A stretch of 64,000 nt of DNA, taken from contig MHTJ01000003.1 in assembly GCA_001823065.1 (NCBI GenBank), forward strand, positions 106,869 to 170,868, given 5' to 3'. The notes below the pieces were generated by a model, which was not told where the DNA came from, did not search any database, and worked only from the letters and a program-made list of their open reading frames with translations. How positions within the stretch are numbered: the first letter of the stretch is position 1; every line of letters begins with the position of its first letter. The stretch is from Candidatus Vogelbacteria bacterium RIFOXYD1_FULL_44_32 (GTDB taxonomy: Bacteria > Patescibacteriota > Minisyncoccia > Phycocordibacterales > XYD1-FULL-46-19). This document shows positions 9,801-16,962 of this stretch, in pieces. The translations under genes and the position numbers were made by a program.

Positions 9801-11677
9801 GTGATTTACTGCAGGTCCATATTGACTCGGCCAATCGGTCTTTGCGAGACTATTTGGAAGTTTTAGCTTTAGGAGAAGATGTTTTAAACCAAGCCGAAGA
9901 CGAAGGGTTTGACTCACTCCAAACAGAAGATGAGCAATTACTGAAGGCCGTATTTGCCAAACTGCGAACCTTGTTTGAGGTTTCCCAGTTGGGTTCTTCG
10001 GCCGAGGTTGGTCCCCTTGCCGACCCAGATCTTCAAAATCAATATGAAAAGTTAAAGCAAAGTTTGAAAGTTGGACCAGGACAAAAGATTACCGACCGAA
10101 TCACCGATATGTTTTTGCGCCCGATTGGCGCCCGGACAATGGGCGAAGTTTTGGAGCGGATGAAGTCGGCTAAAGAGCTAGCCCACCAGCGCAATGTTGA
10201 AGCAGTCCAGCAAGCTGACCACGGTTATGTAGAAGTGGCACCGGGGGACCTCTTGAAAGGGGTAAGAGCCGAGTTTATTGAAGATATTTTACAAAATGGT
10301 TCGGTGGCCAAAGAATTTTTAGGGGGCAAAGCCGAATCTGACGCCACCCCTTTTGATACAGACGTAAGCCAAGTGTTGGTCGAAGATTTTACGGAGACGG
10401 ACAATGTGCGCACTAGATTTGCCGGAGCAATCGGAAAGTCTTTGGCCACTGGTTATGGCCCTCTTCTCTTCTTAGTCAAAAATCATGGGCAGTTTTCCGC
10501 TGGGCCTAACAAAAAAGCGCAGTACGAGCTTTTTGGGGCTGGGGGTGGCGATTTGGCCACTGCTCGTCATTGTGGAATTAGGACTGGTTTTGCCACTACC
10601 GAAGTCGATGCCATTATTGCCAATGATCTGGAGGGCAAAGTACCAGATAATTTGTATTTTGAAATCAGCCAAAATGGCTATTATATACCGGTGGCCGATC
10701 GGACAGGGAAAATTATTTTTACACCTGAAATGTATGACGAGAAAAGAAAAACCTTTGCTGGGTTAGATAGGTTTGACGGACCACCGCTTGCGGTAGCAGA
10801 GACAAAGCCAGAAGAGGCTCATTATAATGAGATCCAAAAAACTAAGAAAAAATCTTACGAATCTCAGACTTTATCACAAGAGGCGATGAGGGTGATAAGC
10901 GACTCGGTCCGCGAGACCTTAAGCGAGGCGGGAGTTAACCTGAAAAATCGCTTTGACACGGGAATTTTGGGTGCTCGTCTCGAAGACATTGGTTCAACTG
11001 GTCGTGGTACCAATCTTGATACCCATTTTGACTTTGATTTAATGCTTAGTCTCGACGCTAATGATTTTCCTAAGGCCGAAACGATTGCCCAGCAGCTGAT
11101 ATTAGCTTGTCGTTATGAAGGCAATGACTCCCATGTGGATCAAGGGGGTTACTATCAATTAAGACTAAAAGGGGTTAGGGAAATAGCCGGCCGAACTTTT
11201 GCTGAGCCAATTGATCTGGATATCGGTTTCAATCGCAGTGCCGATGTTAAGATTTTTGGTACCCATGAAGCTATTAAAGAAAGATTGGATTGGATCGAAG
11301 AGACCGTGGGTGCAGATACTAAAAATGAAGTGGTGGCTAATATTGTTTTAGCCAAGGAAGTTCTAAAAGCTGGTCATTGTTATAAAAAATTAGAAGATGG
11401 TGGTATGGGTGGTGCGGGTGTAGAGAATTGGATTTTAAAGCATGAAGGAAATTTGATTAAAGCTTTTGAAGCGTTCCTGACCGCGGCCACCGATGACAAA
11501 GGGCAGGTGGTTTCCCTGGAAAAATTTAGAAAGAATTATGACATTACTGATCCGGGAATAAATACTAAATATCTAAAGCATGATAATTTTATCTTAAATC
11601 TAAAGCCAGAGGGCTATCAAAAAATGGTGACAACCATAACTGATTATTTATATATTGGCGGGTTTTACACTGCCTAA
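6890..11677 (+). CDS. giant 1595-aa protein with a C-terminal Pol-beta-superfamily (CD-NTase/OAS/MNT-like) nucleotidyltransferase domain
   Basis: Uninterrupted 4.8 kb ORF. Near residue 1367 it has IGSTGRGTNLDTHFDFDLML (GS-x-RGT...D-h-D) and, about 60 aa later, IDLDIGF as a third acidic strand. The N-terminal 1300 aa have no motif I recognise. Confidence 0.7.
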   Translation: MSSEKVKVDSNADEHEPTKEGELFLETENQDRDKIVFNQKKDREQEEQEERLQYLADQAEEDFHQLKLQDIKDKLLKKEEPLPDIVKVPNLQSVRQEQKTAKKSFQQKIKDKMVDTVLGKDYRKESAWIYYLEKNIPVKKYIRESIAVSDGGAEAVIAKHQAEEYEVTDDYVIHMGEEPTREISFAKEMPYVMAKPQNEFDRGDQDKLRSYLHLRHDPVEVTELLKLAGREVFANNFVEHNYYFGKTMRELIDTPHIVEVLQWLIQVGVTFDYIYDSYLEKLCSSPYVEKLTPQLASAVRATVGGETKHLMYMLPDCLDRNIFEGEHAGEDFQIIRKFGFELFDKLDEVGLLGEARKLVGQGIFKIEKLFDEFKSKNFSGNNDSQARLETFANIINSSALQSLEKDEGAMAIAKKLHRLVGIQIEPTDPDLEKLKILETDPTAMAVAGVLNRLSGADHFFGDLDDFVKIMGDKRAVESLCDEKAIDFVSRFIKQYHYRLGLSDFTPPYSIFDIPNQLDQEKLLAADTVALYEKLHTLGYNLNLCKLDVFMGMVENKDQWQEILADDIYTELLRSILKKSSLEDIKDVLLIEQVEAKLLNQLSTAFDYSINEDYAKSDRSYVTALLSHPEQIEALFEPQRIALIKHLNRRTRGFGYYVGGFHLRELNSYMKIPLETLRIFELFDKTDGNTVGSSEIDLIKQLVGYKNEEILKAVSILENLLLVEKSNGPSSGSEKFKFRLESDSLRTVLEVLQNGFTVTDLQKLQDFWLKKYGDSYGRHYTLEDKQVKASRDILQYLPQLVAFEKDEANLEAIYQEISEYLGSFRGDLDLFTVDKIVKIRDIGLLEVFRKIKDDQRVVQFVYANVDKYSEIPPEKIEDYISVIIKINQSPSQEIQRLKNSLMGEIMATSDPVAAYDKIEQVFVKNNLPLVGKVYKIFEIIHPAAVLAQQVKKCPSPELKKKRGRAVQATFLSDLLQVHIDSANRSLRDYLEVLALGEDVLNQAEDEGFDSLQTEDEQLLKAVFAKLRTLFEVSQLGSSAEVGPLADPDLQNQYEKLKQSLKVGPGQKITDRITDMFLRPIGARTMGEVLERMKSAKELAHQRNVEAVQQADHGYVEVAPGDLLKGVRAEFIEDILQNGSVAKEFLGGKAESDATPFDTDVSQVLVEDFTETDNVRTRFAGAIGKSLATGYGPLLFLVKNHGQFSAGPNKKAQYELFGAGGGDLATARHCGIRTGFATTEVDAIIANDLEGKVPDNLYFEISQNGYYIPVADRTGKIIFTPEMYDEKRKTFAGLDRFDGPPLAVAETKPEEAHYNEIQKTKKKSYESQTLSQEAMRVISDSVRETLSEAGVNLKNRFDTGILGARLEDIGSTGRGTNLDTHFDFDLMLSLDANDFPKAETIAQQLILACRYEGNDSHVDQGGYYQLRLKGVREIAGRTFAEPIDLDIGFNRSADVKIFGTHEAIKERLDWIEETVGADTKNEVVANIVLAKEVLKAGHCYKKLEDGGMGGAGVENWILKHEGNLIKAFEAFLTAATDDKGQVVSLEKFRKNYDITDPGINTKYLKHDNFILNLKPEGYQKMVTTITDYLYIGGFYTA

Positions 11678-11885
11678 TTAAAATTTTTAAATATACCCAT
11701 AATAATCGAATTTGATAGAAAAGAGATACAGGTGCCCAAATACCACCACCAGAAAACCGATGTTAAGAAAAAATTGGCCAAATATTTTTCTAAAATAATT
11801 GTGACTAGTGGGGGCAAAGAAAACAGTAAGGTCAACTATTCCGGCCAGATAAAAAGCTATGATATTTGGGCGGGGAAGTAGGCAG

Positions 11886-11913
11886 TTGACAAAGGTCTGA
11901 TTTTTGGTATAAT
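11886..11913 (+). promoter_or_regulatory. near-consensus sigma70-type promoter (TTGACA, 16-bp spacer, TATAAT)
   Basis: ttgacaaaggtctgatttttggtataat sits about 50 bp upstream of the ATG at 11962 and is followed by an aaggagg Shine-Dalgarno. Confidence 0.6.
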
Positions 11914-11961
11914 TAGAGATGTACGTGGTCATTAACTTTTGTAAAGAAAGGAGGTGAGACT

Positions 11962-12222
11962 ATGTTAACACAGGAAAGACGGGGCGAGATTGCCCTGGCG
12001 TTGCTGAAAAGGCACGTCCGGAAAGATCGCCGGATACCGCAAGATTTCCGGCGCGAAATTGGGGAATTTTTGAAAGATAATCCCCAATTGGTGGAGGCCG
12101 AGGTTCTGTATCTTATGCAGGAGGTTCTGCAAGAGGTGTTGAACGAAGCTTTCTCTATGGGGGAATTGGCCCCCGAGATGCCCAGCCGGTCGGGGAAAGG
12201 CGCGTTTGAATTCCGCGCCTAA
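11962..12222 (+). CDS. small GC-rich hypothetical protein (86 aa)
   Basis: ORF with a strong promoter, a strong SD and a downstream terminator. Its composition differs from the flanking DNA. Confidence 0.5.
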   Translation: MLTQERRGEIALALLKRHVRKDRRIPQDFRREIGEFLKDNPQLVEAEVLYLMQEVLQEVLNEAFSMGELAPEMPSRSGKGAFEFRA

Positions 12223-12342
12223 ATCTCTCTGCCCATCACTCCAGCGCAAGGTGGGCCACAGTGGCCCCTAAAAGGGTAATTGTTTCTCCTCGCCCAAGAG
12301 GCGAGCTGGAAACAGAATAAGAACCTCTCCTCCGCTGGACGA

Positions 12343-12381
12343 CCCCACGAGCGCTTCGCGCTCGTGGGGTTTCATTGTTTT
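12343..12381 (+). terminator. rho-independent terminator
   Basis: ccccacgagcg-cttcg-cgctcgtgggg followed by tttcattgtttt. Confidence 0.7.
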
Positions 12382-12422
12382 AGCTACTTAAATTTTTTAA
12401 TCTAATATGTTAAACTGACCCT

Positions 12423-13148
12423 ATGACTGACACTAAAGAATCTAAACAAGAGCGTGATGCCCGCAAAGAGGCGGCGCGGGCGACCCGCCAAATGGGCTGG
12501 GCTGTATTTCTCGTGACGGGGGCAATTCTCCTAGTTTTTGCGGGGGTTTGGCTGACCAATCGACCAGAAAATACTGAGGACATAGGAGACGTGGCGACGA
12601 TTTCGGCCACTGACCACACCAAAGGGGCGACTACAACCCCAAAGGCGGTACTGATCGAATACAGTGACTTTCAGTGCCCAGCTTGCGCGGCTTATGAACC
12701 TTTGGTCAATGAACTGGCATCAACCTATGGCCCCCAAGGTTTAACTGTGGTTTATCGCCACTATCCACTGCCTCAGCACAATAAAGCGCTGTTAATGGCT
12801 AAAGCCAGTGAAGCGGCCAGTGGTCAAGGTAAGTTTTGGGAGATGCACGACCTTATTTTTGCCGAGCAAGCTGATTGGTCTAAAATTAGTGTAGCGGAAG
12901 TTGAAAAAACAATTACTGCTTATGCTAAAAAACTTGATTTAGATTTAACTAAATTTAATACGGCACTAAACAGTAAAGTCGTAGCTAACAAAATTCAAGC
13001 GGATGTGGCGAGCGCTAAAACTGCCAAGGTGGTGGGCACCCCAACCTTTTTCCTCAATGGTCAAGAAGTGGTTGCACGCACCAGCGAGGATTTTGCCCGT
13101 TTGATTGAACAATCTTTGGCGACAACCACGGCCAATGCCAAACTCTAA
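12423..13148 (+). CDS. membrane-anchored DsbA-family thiol:disulfide oxidoreductase
   Basis: N-terminal TM segment and a CPAC active site in a thioredoxin-fold context (FQCPACAAY). Confidence 0.8.
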   Translation: MTDTKESKQERDARKEAARATRQMGWAVFLVTGAILLVFAGVWLTNRPENTEDIGDVATISATDHTKGATTTPKAVLIEYSDFQCPACAAYEPLVNELASTYGPQGLTVVYRHYPLPQHNKALLMAKASEAASGQGKFWEMHDLIFAEQADWSKISVAEVEKTITAYAKKLDLDLTKFNTALNSKVVANKIQADVASAKTAKVVGTPTFFLNGQEVVARTSEDFARLIEQSLATTTANAKL

Positions 13149-13596
13149 CCTAAAACAAAAATTTAGTGGTATCAGTCGGGTCCAGTTATTCATCACAACC
13201 CTAGTTTTTTCTTTGGTGGGGATTTTGGATACTTCCTATCTTTTAGCGGAAAAGATTTTGGGTGGGACGGTAAAATGTATTGCCGTTAAAGGTTGTGACA
13301 CGGTTTTGCAAAGCTCTTATTCCACTTTGTTTGGTTTTGTACCGGCCTCCCTCGCGGGATTTATTTTTTATATAGCGGTCTTTATCCTCGCTTTTTATCT
13401 ATGGAGTAAAGGGGGTAAGGTTCAAAGGGGAGAAAATATACTTTTGGTTTTAGCGGTATTAGGGCTACTTTTTTCTGGTTGGTTTTTCTATGTCCAAGCC
13501 GTTATTTTGCAGGCTTTTTGTACTTATTGTCTTATTTCCGCTTTTAATACTGTGCTGATCTTTGGCTCAATATTTTGGTTGAGATTTAAAAGTTAA
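13135..13596 (+). CDS. vitamin K epoxide reductase (VKOR) family protein, the DsbB-like partner of DsbA
   Basis: Polytopic membrane protein with a conserved Cys pair and a CTYC motif. It overlaps the dsbA-like stop, as in an operon. The start is taken at the internal Met (MPNSN). Confidence 0.75.
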   Translation: MPNSNLKQKFSGISRVQLFITTLVFSLVGILDTSYLLAEKILGGTVKCIAVKGCDTVLQSSYSTLFGFVPASLAGFIFYIAVFILAFYLWSKGGKVQRGENILLVLAVLGLLFSGWFFYVQAVILQAFCTYCLISAFNTVLIFGSIFWLRFKS

Positions 13597-13805
13597 AAGT
13601 GCTAAAAAATTAAAGCGACCACAGGCTGGTTTTTTTATTTGGTGGTGTTTTTAGCTTGCCGTTTAAGGCCCGTACCAGGTCTAGCTTGCCTTTTTGCTGG
13701 TCGTGTTTTTTGACTGGGTATTTATCCCCCAAAAATTTGGTTGGACCGCGGTTGAGTAATATAATATTTGTTACCAATTATAAATTTTTACTCTAATTTT
13801 ATATT

Positions 13806-16112
13806 ATGTCACCAGAGTCATTGCACCTCGTTGGGATTATGAAAAGAAATGGTACTATCTTGCCTTTTGATGCGGTGAAGATTCAAAATGCTATCTGGAA
13901 GGCCATGAAGGCAACCGGTGAGGGTGATGAACAAGCGGCCGAAAAGGTAACAGCAACAGTTTTGGCCGAACTAGCCAAAAATCAAGCCAAAGTTAGTGGC
14001 AAAGACTATCTTCCCGGAGTGGAAGAGATCCAGGATTTAGTGGAAAAAGCGCTGATTTTGGAACAATTTCCAGTGGTGGCTAAAGCTTATATTTTATACC
14101 GCGAACGGCGGTCGGAAGCGAGGCGGGAGCATGGTGATATTCCAGATAAGGTCAAAGATTTTGTGGACCGCAGTAAGCAATATTTTAAAAATCCCTTGGG
14201 CGAATTTGTTTATTACCGGACCTATGCCAACTGGATTGAGGACGAGGGTCGGCGCGAGACGTGGATTGAAACCGTCGAACGGTATATTAGTTTTATGCAG
14301 GAAAATATGGGCGCGCTTTTGACTGAGGCCGAATATGATGAAATTCGTCAAACTATTTTAAAACAAGAAGCGATGCCCTCGATGCGCCTGATGCAGTTTG
14401 CCGGCAAAGCGGCTCGGGCGACCAATGTTTGTGCCTACAACTGTTCTTATATCGCCCCGACCAAGCTGGAAGATTTTGCGGAAATTATGTATGTGTCAAT
14501 GTGTGGGACGGGCGCTGGTTATGCGGCAGAAAGTCAAAATATTCAACAGTTGCCCATTATCAAAAGACAAACTGGGGAAAAAATTGCCACTCATACAGTG
14601 GAAGATTCCAAAGAGGGTTGGTGTAATGCTTTAACTTTAGGCTTTAAAACTTGGTATGACGGTAAGGATGTTGATTTTGATTTTTCTCAGCTTCGGCCGG
14701 CGGGAGCGCGCCTAAAAACGATGGGGGGCAAGTCATCTGGCCCGGAACCCTTGCGTCAACTTTTAACTTTTACCCGTGACCATATTTTACGTAAACAAGG
14801 TAAGCGCCTATCCAATCTTGATGCCCACGATATTATTTGTAAGATTGGGGAAATTGTAGTGGCGGGGGGTGTCCGGCGCAGTGCCCTCATTTCCTTGTCA
14901 GATTTTGATGATACAGACATTCGTGACGCCAAGAAAGGTTTGTTTTGGATTACTGACCCCCAGCGGAGTCTGGCCAACAACTCGGCCGTGTACAATGAAA
15001 AGCCCACCGCCTCTGATTTTCTGGCTGAGTGGACCGCTTTAGTAAAGTCGGGCACAGGCGAGCGAGGTATTTTCAATCGGGGTGGTTTGAAGACCTCGAT
15101 GCCCGAACGTCGGCGCAAGATTTCGGCTAACCATTTTGATAAATTTGGCACCAATCCGTGCGGGGAGATTATTTTGCGCTCAAAACAATTTTGTAACTTG
15201 TCGGAGGTGGTGGCCCGAGCGGAAGATACCGAAGAGACTTTGCTCAAGAAAATACGCATCGCGACCATTCTTGGCACTTACCAATCGACGCTCACTAAGT
15301 TTCGTTATTTGTCGGATGAGTGGCGCCAAAACTGTGAGGAAGAACGGCTATTAGGGGTGTCGATTACTGGTCAGTGGGACTGTCCCGCAGTGCGCAATGC
15401 TGAAACTTTGCGCAAAATGCGTGATTATGCCATCGAGGTGAATAAAGAATATGCCAAACGTTTTGGGGTCAATGAATCCACTTCTATTACCTGTGTTAAA
15501 CCATCGGGCACGGTGTCCCAGACGGTAGACGCCGCTTCGGGGATGCATCCTCGGCATGCCGCCTACTATATTCGCCGGATTCGGATTTCCGCGACTGATT
15601 CTTTATTTAAGATGTTAAAGGACCAAGGAGTGCCTTATAACCCGGAAGTGGGACAATCATTAGAAGGAGCGACCACTTATGTGCTAGATTTTCCCGTCAA
15701 AGCGCCGGACAATAGCACTTTTAAAGATGATTTGTCAGCTCTAGAACAATTAAAGTATTGGCAAATGCTCAAAGAAAATTATACCGAGCACAATCCCTCG
15801 GTGACGATTTCGGTGGGAGAAAATGAGTGGATTGTCGTGGCCAACTGGCTGTATGAAAATTGGGAGATGATTGGCGGTCTATCTTTCTTGCCCCGCAGTG
15901 AGCATGTTTACCAGCTTGCTCCTTACGAGGAAATAGACGAAGCCCGCTACCAGGAGTTGGTTAAGGGTTTTGCGGATATGGATTTTTCTAAAATTATGAG
16001 CTACGAATTAAAAGATGAGACCGAGGTGAAAAAAGAGTTAGCTTGCGCCGGGGGGACTTGTGAGATTGAAATACCAGTGGATATGTCAGCCACTAGTAGC
16101 CAATCGGCCTAA
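13806..16112 (+). CDS. nrdJ: class II (adenosylcobalamin-dependent) ribonucleotide reductase with an N-terminal ATP-cone
   Basis: The N-terminus has an ATP-cone (VIKRNGTILPFDAVKIQNAI). The NPCGEI active-site motif and the overall length fit class II RNR. Confidence 0.85.
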   Translation: MSPESLHLVGIMKRNGTILPFDAVKIQNAIWKAMKATGEGDEQAAEKVTATVLAELAKNQAKVSGKDYLPGVEEIQDLVEKALILEQFPVVAKAYILYRERRSEARREHGDIPDKVKDFVDRSKQYFKNPLGEFVYYRTYANWIEDEGRRETWIETVERYISFMQENMGALLTEAEYDEIRQTILKQEAMPSMRLMQFAGKAARATNVCAYNCSYIAPTKLEDFAEIMYVSMCGTGAGYAAESQNIQQLPIIKRQTGEKIATHTVEDSKEGWCNALTLGFKTWYDGKDVDFDFSQLRPAGARLKTMGGKSSGPEPLRQLLTFTRDHILRKQGKRLSNLDAHDIICKIGEIVVAGGVRRSALISLSDFDDTDIRDAKKGLFWITDPQRSLANNSAVYNEKPTASDFLAEWTALVKSGTGERGIFNRGGLKTSMPERRRKISANHFDKFGTNPCGEIILRSKQFCNLSEVVARAEDTEETLLKKIRIATILGTYQSTLTKFRYLSDEWRQNCEEERLLGVSITGQWDCPAVRNAETLRKMRDYAIEVNKEYAKRFGVNESTSITCVKPSGTVSQTVDAASGMHPRHAAYYIRRIRISATDSLFKMLKDQGVPYNPEVGQSLEGATTYVLDFPVKAPDNSTFKDDLSALEQLKYWQMLKENYTEHNPSVTISVGENEWIVVANWLYENWEMIGGLSFLPRSEHVYQLAPYEEIDEARYQELVKGFADMDFSKIMSYELKDETEVKKELACAGGTCEIEIPVDMSATSSQSA

Positions 16113-16137
16113 AACCTATATTATTTTCAAGCCAAAA

Positions 16138-16167
16138 AACAACCACCAGAACCAGGGGTTGTTTTTT
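16138..16167 (+). terminator. rho-independent terminator after nrdJ
   Basis: aacaacc stem pairs with ggttgtt, followed by tttttt. Confidence 0.55.
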
Positions 16168-16192
16168 GGCTAAAATATGTTACAATTAACCT

Positions 16193-16637
16193 AGTTTGTT
16201 GTTGGATGATCGCTCGATGAGGTTTTAATTATCTCATAGGGAGGAAAGTCCGAACACGTACTTTAATTTTTTAAAGTAACCGGGTAGCAGGTAATACCTG
16301 TCGCGCGCAAGCGCCGAGGTGCGAACAGAGACGCCTAGAGGTGAAAACTAAAAGGCACCCCACCCGCCTGACGGCGGGTGGGGTGAGCTCTATCGAAAGG
16401 TAGAAGTTGAAACGGCCAAATCCTTACTCACGTGCAAGATCGTATTCTCAATGCTTGGCATTGAGTCTGTATCGCTCGAGGTGATTGGTGACAATCATCC
16501 CAGATAAATGGTCATCCCCTGTGGAATAAAGAGTTTAAAGTTTAGAGGTATAACAGATTCAGGACAACTGTCAGTGTCTGTGAATATTTTGAACTTTTTA
16601 TTCCACAGGGACAGAATTCGGCTTATAGACAACAAAC
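16193..16637 (+). ncRNA. rnpB: RNase P RNA (bacterial type A)
   Basis: GGAGGAAAGTCCG (P4 5' strand) near the 5' end and ACAGAAtTCGGCTTAta (P4 3' strand) near the 3' end. The P1 helix pairs agtttgttgt with acaacaaact. The roughly 445-nt region has no ORF. Confidence 0.8.
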
Positions 16638-16647
16638 TAAAAATATG

Positions 16648-16680
16648 AAAAAACCCAGCCTCACGGCAGGGTTTTTTCTT
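16648..16680. terminator. bidirectional terminator (hairpin flanked by an A-run and a T-run) between rnpB and the convergent minus-strand gene
   Basis: aaaaaacccagcc-tcac-ggcagggtttttt. Confidence 0.65.
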
Positions 16681-16919
16681 TAGGGTAACAATTCGCGTTT
16701 ACTTTTTTTGGTTTGGCCGAGGGTTGCGGCGAGTTGAGCCACAGCGCTGGCCTCATAGAGGCGGTAGTTGGTGTTGGGTTGGCGCCTGGCTTTGAGCACC
16801 CCGTTTTTATCCCAAGCGCGAATAGTACTAGAACATTTGTTAAGCAATTCGGCGACTTCTTTGACTGACAAATATTGGGGGTGCCTAGTGTTTTGGCTTT
16901 TATTCGCGCTTGTTTTCAT
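16680..16919 (-). CDS. small HTH DNA-binding protein (MerR/excisionase-like)
   Basis: LSVKEVAELLNKCSSTIRAWDKNGVL resembles a MerR/Xis-type helix-turn-helix. 79 aa. Confidence 0.5.
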   Translation of the reverse strand: MKTSANKSQNTRHPQYLSVKEVAELLNKCSSTIRAWDKNGVLKARRQPNTNYRLYEASAVAQLAATLGQTKKSKRELLP

Positions 16920-16962
16920 AATTTAGTATAATAGAGAAAATCAATAATTAACCAAAATCACT

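Noticed and set aside
7230-11355. Multiple 60-95-aa ORFs on both strands inside the 4.8 kb giant gene
   Set aside because: They are fully contained within a long uninterrupted ORF with consistent codon usage. These are typical alternative-frame artefacts.
12253-12267. gggccacagtggccc near-palindrome (SfiI-like site)
   Set aside because: It is an odd-length near-palindrome with a 1-nt centre and cannot form a meaningful hairpin on its own. It is probably incidental within the 3' UTR.
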